NCBI RefSeq assembly: GCF_037042905.1
Contig: NC_087245.1
Span: 10,852,001-10,916,000 of the forward strand
Source: Lytechinus pictus
Taxonomy: Eukaryota
Reading direction: 5' to 3'
DNA length: 64,000 nucleotides
Shown: positions 51,101 to 61,100 of the stretch, one piece after another
Numbering within the stretch: position 1 is the first letter of the stretch
Layout of the letters: each line of letters opens with the position of its first letter
Translations under genes and position numbers: made by a program
The notes under the pieces: generated by a model
The model's input: the letters and a program-made list of their open reading frames with translations, nothing else
Database searches by the model: none
Told to the model about the DNA's origin: nothing

Positions 51101-51818
51101 AATGATATCGCATTTACCCATTTCCCTTCTTTTCCTCCTTTTTTTGGAGGCCATCGCCCCCATCGCCCCCACCGGAACGACAGTGCCCCTGGGTGCCTTT
51201 TCAACATTCATTGTGATTATGCATTCAAAACGAATAAACCTTACAAAATATATTTCCTACCTTGACATCTGTAAAATCATTCCATATTAGGCCTATATCT
51301 ATCTATTTTCTAAATATGAGTTGATATTCTTTTTTTTTTCTTTTCTTTTTTGGCCCTCGAACCTCAAACCGCAATTACATAAAAAAGCTGGAAAAATACT
51401 TCCTGAACTGCTAGTTTATCATGGTAAATGAAATTGTTCCGTGAATGGATATGAAGGAAATACGAATAATAATCAATTAGGTCAAACGAAGATTTCACTT
51501 AATCTATAATTATGACACTTTCATATTCATCACAATATTCTTCCCAAAAAAATGGCAGAGCAAAAACAAACGAGAAATGTTTTACTCAACACCCATCCTC
51601 ACAAGTCTATGTAGCCGTAGGCTTTCACTTTTTTCCTACAGAACTGTCATGATTTATTGTTTAGTATATATTACACATACCTTATTGTATATAATGTCTG
51701 GATTCTTCTGTGGCGCTGGAATAGCAGCCACTGAATACCAAGCCGTCCTCATCAACGTCTTACTCGCATTGTAACGGGCGGATGCCGTCGCTGAGATCAC
51801 TTTCCCAACAGAAAACAT
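12403..51818 (-). CDS. ALDH2: Gene A: complete 14-exon ALDH1/ALDH2-family aldehyde dehydrogenase (mitochondrial ALDH2-like, 525 aa; ALDH2 vs ALDH1A orthology not settled)
   Basis: Hand-spliced exons 51818-51681, 45294-45190, 44588-44448, 43224-43145, 41305-41256, 40342-40281, 32909-32781, 31932-31819, 31059-30957, 27807-27623, 26990-26826, 26167-26010, 12950-12836, 12435-12403. All introns GT-AG, phases consistent, sum 1578 nt. Motifs present: [19 protein letters not shown] (Glu268), [10 protein letters not shown] (catalytic Cys302), [16 protein letters not shown]-terminal PQKNS*. Confidence 0.95.
12836..12950 (-). CDS. Gene A exon 13 ([38 protein letters not shown])
   Basis: 115 nt, aag|G ATC...ACT|gtaagt; completes the TG|G Trp codon across a 13,059-nt intron. 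Confidence 0.95.
18400..18540. repeat. (AAT)n microsatellite
   Basis: Seen directly. Confidence 0.9.
20258..23715. mobile_element. 3.46-kb non-autonomous PIF/Harbinger-like DNA element in gene A intron 12
   Basis: Perfect 27-bp TIR GGCCCGTATTCCATAAACGAGATAAGC; CAG TSD at 20255-20257 and 23716-23718; CTAAG/CTTAG-rich subterminal regions; no transposase ORF. Confidence 0.85.
20570..21800. repeat. ~160-bp tandem repeat array (about 7 units), each with a GTTGCCATGGYAAC-type palindrome
   Basis: Motif starts at 20721, 20867, 21027, 21187, 21346, 21508, 21659. Alternate units are more similar to each other (320-bp higher-order period). Confidence 0.9.
24170..24240 (-). pseudogene. tRNA-like sequence (tRNA pseudogene or SINE head)
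   Basis: A box TGGCTGAATGG; perfect T-arm CCAGG-TTCGAGT-CCTGG; acceptor and anticodon stems do not pair. Confidence 0.6.
26010..26167 (-). CDS. Gene A exon 12 ([53 protein letters not shown])
   Basis: 158 nt, cag|ATC...TG|gtaagt. Confidence 0.95.
26826..26990 (-). CDS. Gene A exon 11 ([55 protein letters not shown])
   Basis: 165 nt, cag|ATC...GAG|gtatcg. Confidence 0.95.
27623..27807 (-). CDS. Gene A exon 10 ([61 protein letters not shown])
   Basis: 185 nt, cag|TT...CAG|gtatga; catalytic Cys exon. Confidence 0.95.
28340..30498 (+). mobile_element. 5'-truncated, internally deleted CR1/L2-group LINE, antisense within gene A intron 9
   Basis: Begins with the APE endonuclease tail (DLSDHFPIF at 28342), then jumps at ~28718 into an open RT frame. 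The 3' UTR has a CT-rich tract and a stem-loop (~30380-30416) and ends AATAAA(TGAAT)n at 30475-30498. Confidence 0.9.
28865..30130 (+). CDS. Reverse transcriptase (ORF2 C-terminal part) of the LINE; frame is open from ~28718
   Basis: [59 protein letters not shown] motifs. Confidence 0.9.
   Translation: MYKRIYKFLSKNNLLVSEQFGFRKKHSTSLSILNITDYISRKFDEGKFCCGVFMDLSKAFDTIDHHILLEKLYYYGIRGVSLEWFSSYLFERKQYVMVDGVASNFSYINTGVPQGSVLGPLLFLLYINDIIHTSNILKFSLFADDTAVISSHKDINILICNINVELEKLSEWYICNKLFLNADKTHYIIFHSKQKKFSCQVPPVYIKNDILKKSDIVEFLGIKLHESLNWSHHISHVCSKISRGVGIITHFRNTLPKHTLLTIYNSIILPHINYCNMIWGNSYKTYLYKIHILQKRAVRIITHSNYMTPSTPLFCDLKCLPVFDLVTVTNLIFMFNFQKKELPSIFNDMFKTNSFYHSYETRNKSKFLIPFARTSLNQHTIRFQGVHDWNLLPYVVKNSSTLTRFKCLCKQFLFKRLMCTE
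30957..31059 (-). CDS. Gene A exon 9 ([34 protein letters not shown])
   Basis: 103 nt, tag|ATC...C|gtaagc; LELGGKSP general-base motif. Confidence 0.95.
31218..31470. mobile_element. Degenerate hAT-like MITE
   Basis: CAGTGGCGGATCTA...TAGATCCAACCAGG ends; poly-C/poly-G interior; no clear TSD. Confidence 0.45.
31819..31932 (-). CDS. Gene A exon 8 ([38 protein letters not shown])
   Basis: 114 nt, cag|GCT...GAG|gtaaga; NAD-binding FTGSTE. Confidence 0.95.
32503..32765. mobile_element. Harbinger-like MITE ending ~15 nt from the exon 7 donor
   Basis: ~33-bp imperfect TIR GGGCCCCGTCTTACAGAAAGTTGCGATTGATCC / GGATCAATCGTAACTCTTTGTAAGATGGGGCTC. Confidence 0.7.
32781..32909 (-). CDS. Gene A exon 7 ([43 protein letters not shown])
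   Basis: 129 nt, aag|TGG...GAG|gtaata. Confidence 0.95.
33226..33296. repeat. 35-bp tandem duplication
   Basis: TCTAATGGAAAATCACACAGCTGATTTAAWTTGTC x2. Confidence 0.85.
35228..35468 (-). mobile_element. SINE-like insertion with 7SL/Alu-domain-like head, B box and (CA)n tail, plus a duplicated 3' end
   Basis: Minus strand from 35402: ACTGGGCGTTGTGGCGTGTGCCTGTAATCCAAGCTATGTGGGGAAG..GAGGTTCGAGCCC..TTTCGGATGGTGACGTTAAAGGTCGGTCCC..AAACTCAAATA(CA)n. 35405-35468 repeats the last ~55 nt. Confidence 0.75.
36241..36687. mobile_element. MITE at the centre of the foldback element
   Basis: 22-bp perfect TIR CCGTGTTTACACTTAATCGGCA; TA on both flanks (alternatively a 3-bp ATT TSD); internal GCTCGCGGTTCAGAACC repeats in both orientations. 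Confidence 0.85.
40281..40342 (-). CDS. Gene A exon 6 ([21 protein letters not shown])
   Basis: 62 nt, tag|AT...CCG|gtaagg. Confidence 0.95.
40516..40801. mobile_element. hAT-type MITE
   Basis: GGGCGGAAATC / GATTTCCGCCCATG ends; 8-bp TSD GGTGCACA on both sides. Confidence 0.75.
41037..41213. mobile_element. Degenerate hAT-like MITE
   Basis: CAGTAGCGGATC...GATCCGCCACTG ends; TSD not conserved. Confidence 0.5.
41256..41305 (-). CDS. Gene A exon 5 ([16 protein letters not shown])
   Basis: 50 nt, cag|A...G|gtaagt; YYAGWADK motif. Confidence 0.93.
42012..42978. mobile_element. hAT-type non-autonomous element with GCGAGCGCGAAGCGCGAGC repeats (copy 1)
   Basis: CAGTGGCGTA...TACGCCACTG ends; TSD GCTATATT/GCTCTATT (7/8). 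Confidence 0.85.
43145..43224 (-). CDS. Gene A exon 4 ([27 protein letters not shown])
   Basis: 80 nt, tag|AGC...AG|gtttgt; LETLDNGKP motif. Confidence 0.93.
43346..44086. mobile_element. TTAA-flanked (piggyBac-like) non-autonomous element
   Basis: TTAA|CCC...GGG|TTAA; subterminal inverted GGGGACTGATTCAGCCCC / GGGGCTAAATCAGCCCC. Confidence 0.65.
44448..44588 (-). CDS. Gene A exon 3 ([47 protein letters not shown])
   Basis: 141 nt, cag|GCT...GCC|gtgagt. Confidence 0.95.
44666..44965. repeat. 150-bp direct tandem duplication abutting (CTA)n/(TAG)n microsatellites
   Basis: AAATGAAATCATTCAATATG... at 44671 and 44821; (TAG)n continues to ~45157. Confidence 0.85.
45190..45294 (-). CDS. Gene A exon 2 ([35 protein letters not shown])
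   Basis: 105 nt, tag|CTC...AAG|gtatat; ALDH FINNEW motif. Confidence 0.95.
48502..49121. mobile_element. MITE with a duplicated left end (137-bp period)
   Basis: TIR ACCCCGTCACACT / AGTGTGACGGGGT; left end repeated at 48498 and 48635; GAAT/ATTC/TTCGAA-rich interior. Confidence 0.8.
49226..50725. mobile_element. hAT-type non-autonomous element, same family as 42012-42978 (copy 2, longer)
   Basis: CAGTGGCGTA...TACGCCACTG; perfect 8-bp TSD GTTACATA; collinear with copy 1 plus an internal duplication. Confidence 0.9.
51681..51818 (-). CDS. Gene A coding exon 1 ([46 protein letters not shown]), with putative mitochondrial presequence
   Basis: ATG at 51818, 138 nt, donor AAG|gtatgt. The first ~30 aa are Ser/Thr/Ala/Arg/Lys-rich with no acidic residues. 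AIPAP..NPDI aligns with ALDH2 AVPAP..QPEV. Confidence 0.88.
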
Positions 51819-52421
51819 GATGGGCAATGATGTCGACGTTGATTTTCCACAGGATGAAGGAAGAAAAGAATGGCGACGACTGACGAACTGCTTGCAGTAG
51901 CGACCTCCGGGCAGAGTGCCAGCCTTGTCTTTATCTTGTATACTATAGGCCTATCATCGCCAGTCGGGTAAATTACTACATGACCCTATAAGGGGTCATA
52001 TGGCGGGTTGTATGTTGAGTTAGGGAGTCTGAGGGAGAAAACGCCCTCGATTTTATTGCCCCTGCCTGAATATAAAGAAAAAGGTTAAACAATGATCACA
52101 ATAGGAGCATCACTTATACTTTTCATATTTTTTCAACATAGTAAGGAATGGTATGATAACGTAATTTATTTTGAATATAAACAATAATACAAATAATCCA
52201 ACTTCAAACGACCCATGGGAAAGGAGAGGGCATGATGTCACCCCTCTCGATGCAGAGTACCTTAGTGGCTGCGTCTAGTCAAAGTTCAAGTTTATGTTTA
52301 CATTTTCTTTCACGTCGACGCTATATTCTGGATAAGAGAGTATGACTGGGAATCAAATCAGCATAGGCCCTAAATCATGTTATTCCAGTGCAAAGTTCTA
52401 ATTGAAAAATGTAGGCCGAGA

Positions 52422-55185
52422 CAGGGACCTGGGAACGATTTTGTCAGTGGGGGTGCTGAAATCTCTCCTCAGAGGTGGGGGTGGGGGGGGGACAGACACA
52501 ATTGAGTTTTCCATAATTACTCACACACATACCACACACACACCCTTACACACACACCCTCACACACACACACATATATATATATATATACATATATACA
52601 TATACATATAGTGTGATGATAAGTTTACTTCTACCAATCGCTGTTGAGTTGTGAATATTAAACATATATATACATATATATATTATGACAGTCACTTCTT
52701 AGCTTTCTTCTTATAAAAGAACATAAATATCTAATTAGATAATTCGAGTGCGAAGCGCAAGCTATTTTTTTGTAGAAATTTCATGTATTTTGTCCTGAAA
52801 ATTGAACATTTTGAGCAATGTTTGTGGTCCAAGATGCGTTTGTAACAAATAATAATTGTAAGCGCGATCAGCGATACATAAAAATTTGACATTCCGATCT
52901 AAATACTGGACATTCTAAGCACGTTTTTTAATTATGAACAGGAAAGGTATATATACAGTTGATGCGAGCGCGAAGCGCGAGCGGAAATAAAATTGAGATT
53001 TCAGACCAAAAAACGAGAGATTCTAAGTACTTTTTTAATCATGATGAGGATAGGTATAAAACTATACAATTGATGCGAGCGCGAAGCGCGAGCGGAAATA
53101 AAAATGAGATTTCAAACCTAAAAACGAGACATCTTATGCACTTTTCTAATCATGAACAGGATAGATATATAACTATACAATTGATGCGAGCGGAAACAAA
53201 ATTGAGATTTCAGACCTGAAAACGGACATTCTATTCATGTTTTGTAAATCAAGAAAATGATGGGTAATTGGATATATTCTTAAAATAATAATGTAAGCGC
53301 GAAGCGCGAGCAGAAATTTTTTGATATTCTGATCTGAAACTCTACACTGAATGTAAAATGGTTTGAACAGATAAAGAAAACTCAGACGAACATAAGAATA
53401 AAGATTTTATCAAAATCAGACAAGGAATATCACAGTTATTGCATTTTAAAGATTAGCATTATTCCCCACTTGTTCTTTTGTATTTTATTATATAAAATTA
53501 GGTTTATTCAATACTTTCCTTTCAAGAACCAAAACAGTTGAATTGACAACTGATTTAGTGCATTAGATATTCTTTGCTGCAACTTATTTCATTATAAGGA
53601 AGACATGTCATTCATTCTGGTATGAAAAGAATGAAACAATTTTGATTCCACAAGGAACGGCTAGGATAGTGGGGATGTAACAGCATCATTCCACCTATTA
53701 AATAGTCATGACGACATGCATATCACCATTAGAATTAAATAACTTAACTAATCGTTATCAGATTTTGATAAAATTTATTTATTTTGATAAAATGTATTTG
53801 ATATAAATACAGCCCAGAGTACCCCCCCCCCTCCAAATCAAGCTGCGTATCTGAATAAACATGCGTGCACGTGTTTAGAGTTAGACCTAGTATCTGGGCA
53901 TTAGTACAATTTTTTTATAAAAATCAATAATGCGAGCGCGAAGCGCGAGCAGAAAATATTTGATATTCCGATCTGAAAGAGGGTGAATTTTAACACTATT
54001 TCAAGTAATGTGTCGGAAAATTCTGAAGTGGGGGGGGGGGGGGTCTACAAAACGTCGTTCATTTTCATTATATTTCGGTCATTTATCATACCTACCACTA
54101 GATTTCCAGGAGGTGCGCTGCCTATGAAAATAACACACGCAGCACCCCCAATTTTGGGGGTGCTTCACCCCCAGCACCCCCGCTTCCCAGCCCGTAGGGC
54201 CATGGGGCAGGGCGAAAAAGACTGTGACATTTGATTTCTATTGTCTGACTTGTAATTTTTGTATACAATACACGGGCGGTCGGGCGCGCGCTCACTTGAT
54301 TCGACATAAAACCTGGAAGTTTCAAGTCCAAACCACCCCATGTCCATCCCTGCTATCGAAGAGTGTGTATGGTTATCACGTATGCTGCCCCCGGGGGGGC
54401 CACTTACATTGACGAGTGGATACCATGCGCGACCCAAAAAACACGTAAAAAGGATGTCTTTTTCACGATAGGGCACGTTACGTACGTAACGTGATAAGGG
54501 TGTCAAAAACACAAAAATAATGAAAAAAGGGTATCTATTTCGCTAGGAAAATTACGTGTTTAGGGTCGAATTCGCGGGGATGATAAAACAAAATTAAAAT
54601 GTTTTATAAAGGATGTCCTTTTTGCCCCAACACTTCGTCTTTAGAGTCCAATTTGCGCGAGGTGTAGAAGGTGGGGTCGTACTAAACCAAATAAGGTAAA
54701 GCCGACGACCGAAGGACCCGTAACAATAAAACATTCCTGTACTTGTTTAGGGGTTCATTTCAGGGAACATTTGCCAAGAGTATCGTTTTGTTACCAATAC
54801 TTGTTAAGGGTAGGGTTTCACACGCCAATACTTGTTAAGGGGCGCATTTTCAGAATATGGGAATTACGTGTTTAGGGTGCTTTTCGAGACCCCATGGTCG
54901 CGCATGGTATCCACTCGTGAATGGAAGTGGCCCCCCGGGATGCTGCCCCGCTAGAGCTTGATTGAGTCGCGTTATAGGAGGGATGTTATTGGAATATGTG
55001 AAAGACTATGTAAATGATTTGCGATTGTCGGATGTGATAATTTTGTACATTATAACATATTTAAAAAAATTCAGGGGGAACCTGATTTCGTGGGGGTGCT
55101 GTCTATGGAAAATAATACACGCAGCACCCCCAGGATAATTTCTGGGGGTGCTTCGGGTCCCCCAGCACCCCCGTTTCCCAGGTCC
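52422..55185. mobile_element. Composite hAT-like element upstream of gene A, with GCGAGCGCGAAGCGCGAGC repeats
   Basis: Left end CAGGGACCTGGGAA, right end TTCCCAGGTCC running into GAGA (left flank GGCCGAGA). The right-end block CAGCACCCCC..GGGGGTGCT occurs twice (~54140, ~55122). Boundaries approximate. Confidence 0.5.
54390..54939. mobile_element. 550-bp MITE with CCCGGGGG termini, superfamily unassigned
   Basis: ~45-bp [48 protein letters not shown] and its near-exact mirror; perfect 8-bp TSD ATGCTGCC. Confidence 0.85.
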
Positions 55186-56611
55186 GAGAAAATAAGCGAA
55201 AACTTTGGATGAATCCAAATGTATCAAACTAAAGGAAGAAACTGTTTACCGAGTCCCAAGATTGTATGTCTCTCTCACTCTCTCTTCCATCTTCCTCTAT
55301 CTCTTCTCTCCCACTTATCGATCTCGATCGCTCCCACTCATGACAGCTGAGCGTTCCCAGTGGCGTCATCGTTTTGTTCCCAACACTGCGCGCCATTTTG
55401 GAAGGTACAGTATGTTGCGTATCCTCGAACTCCGCACAACTTTATCAAATCGAGGTGATCAACATGCACTTCGAATGGATTCCATCTAATGTTGGGATTG
55501 GTGGCAAGAAGGAAAAGGCGGCCTCCTTGGGCGAAAAAGGCGTATGCCTATCAAAATGATTAACTTGTCGAAAAATTAAGCAGTAGTAAAACGTGAAAGC
55601 TACCAGCGCCAGCTATCGGCATGGTAAGAGCCTGGTCTAATTCGCCAAGAACGGCGAGTGGGTGTCATCATTGGTCATTTATTTGCATCCTGACCATGAT
55701 GTGCATTTAACTGTTAAGTGAATTTAAGTGAAACTTTCCAATTTCATTACTAATTTGATAAACTTATTGGCACATAACGCTTGTTTAATTTCTTCTTTTC
55801 ATTCCTTGCAAATCAATCGGTAAAAACAATTTCCAGGCCTTACCATTTCTTTAAAATGTAATGTCATCTTTCTTAAATTGATTATTTTTTATAATTTTTT
55901 CATTTCTCTTTCTCTCAGCAATCGCCACTTAGAATATGCCAGTTTTGAAAAAATGATCCAGAATGAGTCTTTTTTGTACAAAAGATATTCCTATAAACTT
56001 GACATACATGTATGATTCAAATGTAGGATTTTTTTCTTTTCTATGTAAAAAAAAAAAAAAAAATCATGTTCTCTCTCATTCCAATATTTTTAACTCTCGC
56101 ATAATACTAAAAACACAAGTGACATCAGAAAAATATAGCCATATTTACTTAAAATCCTGCAAGACAATACGCATTCATGATGCCTTTTTTAATACCATGT
56201 AGGTAATCAATATTCATATAGAGCTTTAGCCTATTAATAGATATATAAGTTTTCAGTACTTTTCTTTATTTCATTTTTAGTGTGCAGCAAAATTCATATA
56301 GTTATAATTTAAAAGTCATGATTACAGATTTATAGCATTCTCTGTACCTCTTTTTAAAATACTCTTCTTAAAACAAAAATGTGAAAAATCATGTGGGGAG
56401 CACATAAAAATATATACAGAAATACACTCTAATTGGTCACAGTAGTTGAATTTCATCTAAATTATAATTAAAAAAAAAAGAGATGCAAAAGGCATGCCAT
56501 GGCTGTTTTTAAAAATCACATAGATACATAATAATATAAAAACATTGACACACACGGACCATGATTATTCTCTCCAGTTTTTTGAGAATTACTTCATTTT
56601 GTTTGCCTTAA

Positions 56612-56962
56612 CCCTAATTTAACTGACAGATTTCACGACAACACCACAAAATTTTTTAATTTTACCACGCCACTTGCTGACTTTTTACTTTCAAGTCTTG
56701 CTTATCTCTTGAGACAAAATTTGCGACACCTGGGCATGCGGTTCCAGAATTATGTTACATGTTGTAAGTGCACGTCAGACTCAAAATTGCTTTAAAAAAA
56801 AACATGATTTGGTGTACAAAGTTAATGCAAATTGTGTTTTCAACGATAAAAAAACCAAAGAAAAACATATGAAATTCACAGCGGCAAAAATATGAATGGA
56901 AGGAGTCACCCCCCCCCCCTCCCCTAAATATCCTGGTCTGAAATAGCCAAGTTAAATTAGGG
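56612..56962. mobile_element. piggyBac-like MITE
   Basis: TTAA|CCCTAATTTAACT...AGTTAAATTAGGG|TTAA. Confidence 0.75.
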
Positions 56963-58069
56963 TTAAGGATACTAAAATGTAAAACCTGAACATATAATGT
57001 GCAGCAAATCTTGAATAAACATTAAAGAAATTCTTCTTTCAGATTGATGTTTGCTCCATACGGTAAGAAATGGAAATATAAATCATTATTTCAGGATGAC
57101 AATATGATAAATGTGTTAAATAATCAAAGGAATATATTTATAGAGCAAAGGTAACAAGACTGCTACTAAAACATGTTATCAATTAATTTCAGCAGAAAAG
57201 AAGATGACTATCTTCAAATTGAAAACCTATAATTTTTGGTGAAAATGAATAGGGCTGTAAATTTGTTTTCTTTGATCCTTTTCTACATATGTAGAAAGAA
57301 ATGTTTATCAACTCTAAAAATCCCATATATTATACAATATTGCATAACTTGAAATATCAAAAGTATAGATTATTAAAAAGATAGTTTAGCAGCAAAGCAA
57401 GTGATTCTACTGAATTCTACAAATATCTTTCAATAACTTCTTTGTAAATATCTGCGTATGTCCTCAAAGTATATCTTATCATCTCTGAGTATGAAAGAAG
57501 AGATATCCATATAAAAATAGAGTGCTATTATGGCAATATTGTTACAATGACATTAAGACTGGAAAATGAAAAATTAATAAATTTCAATTAGAATTAGAAG
57601 CAGGAAAAAAAATTAAGTGTTAACACAAGATTTTCACTGCCTTGATTGCAAGACAGAGCTAAAAAATGAAATTATAACAGTTCACTTCTTTGGACAAAGA
57701 ATCATTTCTACAACTGATGAGTCACTAGGGAGCCACGAAGTTGGATATGGAAATACATGAAGATACATAATTTGAAAAGGCATATAGTCTAATCTTACTA
57801 AAAATACAGACCTCAAAATCCCTGAGTAAACATGCACAAAAATACATCTACAAAACAAATAAACAAGAAAATAAAATACAAACTGAGCTTTACATAAAGT
57901 CCCACCAGCCAACAAAAAATATAAAGAAAAAAAACACACCCAAAAGAACCCTTAAAATAGTGCTCAATACCCTGTATTTGGCATACATTTAATCCTCAGT
58001 TGAAATTGTTTTTTTTTTAAACAAGCATGGAGTAAATGGCGCAAAGAAGATGAATGTGGGTTGGATAGC

Positions 58070-58102
58070 CTATGTATTCTTCTGCGGGATCTTGATTATT
58101 AC
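58070..58102 (-). CDS. Gene B terminal coding exon ([10 protein letters not shown])
   Basis: 33 nt, cag|GTA...ACA TAG. Confidence 0.92.
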   Translation of the reverse strand, partial: VIIKIPQKNT

Positions 58103-61100
58103 CTGCAGATTAAGATACGAGAAATACAAAATGAATCATTAACCAACAGAACTGTTCAGAAAATAGAGTTTAAAAACAAATACTCCACTATACTATCCTA
58201 TCAACCAAAGTCCAGCAAATCACTCAGCTGAGGCAAGAGTAAATGTGTCATTTTACCCTTACTTGCCAAAACTTGGAAAATTGTATTTGTATTGTTGTCC
58301 CCGTCAAATAGTTGAGTTATGCATGGTGTATCAGGTACAAGGTATCAACAGAAAGCTCAGGGGTTGCTCTTTCATATTGTGGTAAAATCAAATAAAAATA
58401 TTCAATAATCTCTGAAAATTGAGGCATCTAAAGTTGTCTTGGTTCTGTATCTTGGAGATAATAAAGGACAACTTTTTTCATTTTAAAAGATCATAATAGC
58501 AGAAAGACTTGCACCTAAAGTTAGAAAGCACTTGTGTTGACAATAAATAACCCCCATATGCTAAGATTTCAATCTATTTTAAGGGCATCTTTGTAGTGTC
58601 ACAAGTAAGCCTGAGTCATATCGATTATTTTGAAAACCGGTGTTCGACAGCTTTAATTCGATCGAACATTGATGCATCGAATTTTGAAGGCGGGGAAATC
58701 GAGTCATTTTTTGCTCCGGTCGCGTCGATGCGCTATGCACGCACTGACGGTATGCGCTGGCCGGGTGAGCGTTGCACAAGCAGATGACGGAGCAAATTTC
58801 GTTTGTATTTTTCCATCATCACAAAACACAAAAAAGGCCGGGGACCAATGCAGAATTCTTCCCAAAATATCTCCAACAATGATATTTGCAGATGACAACA
58901 TATAAGTTTAAAATGAAACAATATTAAAGACATGAATCACGCAGAGTCGATCCAAATGATTTTCGGTCAACTAGCACTCGCAGTCCAGACTCGCACACAC
59001 CAGCCCCGAAACGACAGGCGTGCTTGCCAGCGCCAGCAAACAAGTGCGACCAGCGGAGAGCGCTGTAACTTGCCTGAGATTGTGTAGTTGGCGGGGTAGT
59101 TGGATCCAAAATGAGCTCCAAATAAATTGATGGGAATAAACACGTAATTTTCTCTGGATGGTCGTTTGAATTGGTATTCAATGCTGATATAACGATTGTG
59201 AGGAAATATTGTAGAATATGAGTTATGACGATGTTCGAGAATTAATCCTGATACTGGTAATCCATTCTTTATTTTAGAGTCTGACACAAGAGCATGCGAT
59301 CGAAATAAATACGAATGTCTCGGATTGAGCTCTAAATTGAATTCATATAAATTATTATTGGATATTAAATAATTACGATTTAATAAGATTTTATGGCCTT
59401 AGTAAAAATAATGACGATGTCAGCAAAGTATGTTATGTTCATATGGAAGAATTAATAGTATTATACTGGCATTATCTTTATTTTTATTTCATCTCTGGAC
59501 GACGTCTCCGAGCTCTGAGAAAAGAAGCACAATGCGCATGCGCGTTCGATGATGTATGACATATTTTCCATTCATGAAATCAGAGCCCAAAGTTGGGCAC
59601 AAACTAGCTTCAAATTGATGGGGAAAAATATCAAACGCAATTTTCTCTGTTTTGTCATGTAAAATGTTATTATATGGTGATATTACGATCTTCAAAAGAG
59701 TTTCTGCATGTTGACAATGTTCAAGAATCAATCCTGACGTGATAATTATTTTTTTAGACAAGTGCACTCAAGTCGATCGTCATGTGATGTCCGTCATTGA
59801 AAATTTATACGAAATACAAACGTTTCACATCAAGCTCTAAATTCATATTAAAGATTATCATATGCAAATTATTGTTAATTATTACGATTAAATTGTGTTC
59901 TATGGTCATGATATTAATATTGCTTATGAAAGCAAGATTTATTTTACGTTGATCGCGCCAATTTTCCGGCCATTTTATGGGTTGATTAAAGCACAGTACT
60001 TCGCATGCACTATCGATGGCGACTTCCTTTCATGAATTCATCGTGCATAAATTATCTCGGCACGAGCAGACGAACAAGACTCGAACTATGATCGAAATAA
60101 ACTTCAAATTAATGGTGAAAAGGCATCATAATTACACAATCGGTTTCATTTGGGGGGCAATATACATGTAAATCAAGTAAGTTTGATTTTTGATGATTGA
60201 TTGTGTGAACCAAACGAATCGGCCGGCCGAGGTATTTTTTATTTTTTATTTTTTTTGATGCACCAATTTTGCAAAATCTGCACCGGCGCTCGATGACATC
60301 GATCGAACACCGATTTTAAAATCGATTCGACTCAGGCTTAGTCACAAGTATCAAATGTTGTTGACATTGCCATGTTATTTCATCTTGTGAAATTTTTTTA
60401 TGAAAATGCATGAAAGTATAAGTGATTTTGTACATTCATAAACATACATCAATGGCAATGCGCATAGGAACCATATTTTATGTCATTTTGACTTGACCTC
60501 ACACTCAAACTTCTAGTCAAACTACATATAATTTAGCAGAAATGCATTAATTTTGCTAAATAGTCACCATACTTTGTACTGTTTATCCCTTACACATTGT
60601 ATTCCTAATCATATATCAAAACTATATGTCCCCTTTACTTTGTATTTTTTTAAAACTATTTATAACTCACTTTTACCTGAAGTCTCTATATATTTCCTAG
60701 GATAAGTTCCTCTGGCAGAATCATCTTGTAATTTTCAAACTTCCTATCTATATCAACAAACAGATAGAAAGTAAAAAGTAACCGTGACTTACCGACTTGA
60801 CCTCTGTGTAGTTGTCTATCGCATATTCTCCTAGCTCCCTACCACTGCCAGATGCTTTGTAGCCACCAAATGGAGCCTGGGCGGCGAAGATGTCATAGCA
60901 GTTGACACTGTATGGAGAAAGTCACGAAATGGTTAAAAGACAGCCCTCATAGGATTCTTCACATGGCAAAGTCACCACCTGGCACTAAACAATAAATCCA
61001 AAAGAACTTTGACACGTAAGTATTAAACCTATTGGCTAATTACAGTACAAATAACAAAGACATTCAATTCTTAAATTAATCTTACTCTACAACTATGAAA

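Noticed and set aside
58579..59767. Cluster of overlapping 60-106-aa ORFs inside the hAT-like element
   Set aside because: There are no transposase motifs; locally higher GC explains the open frames.
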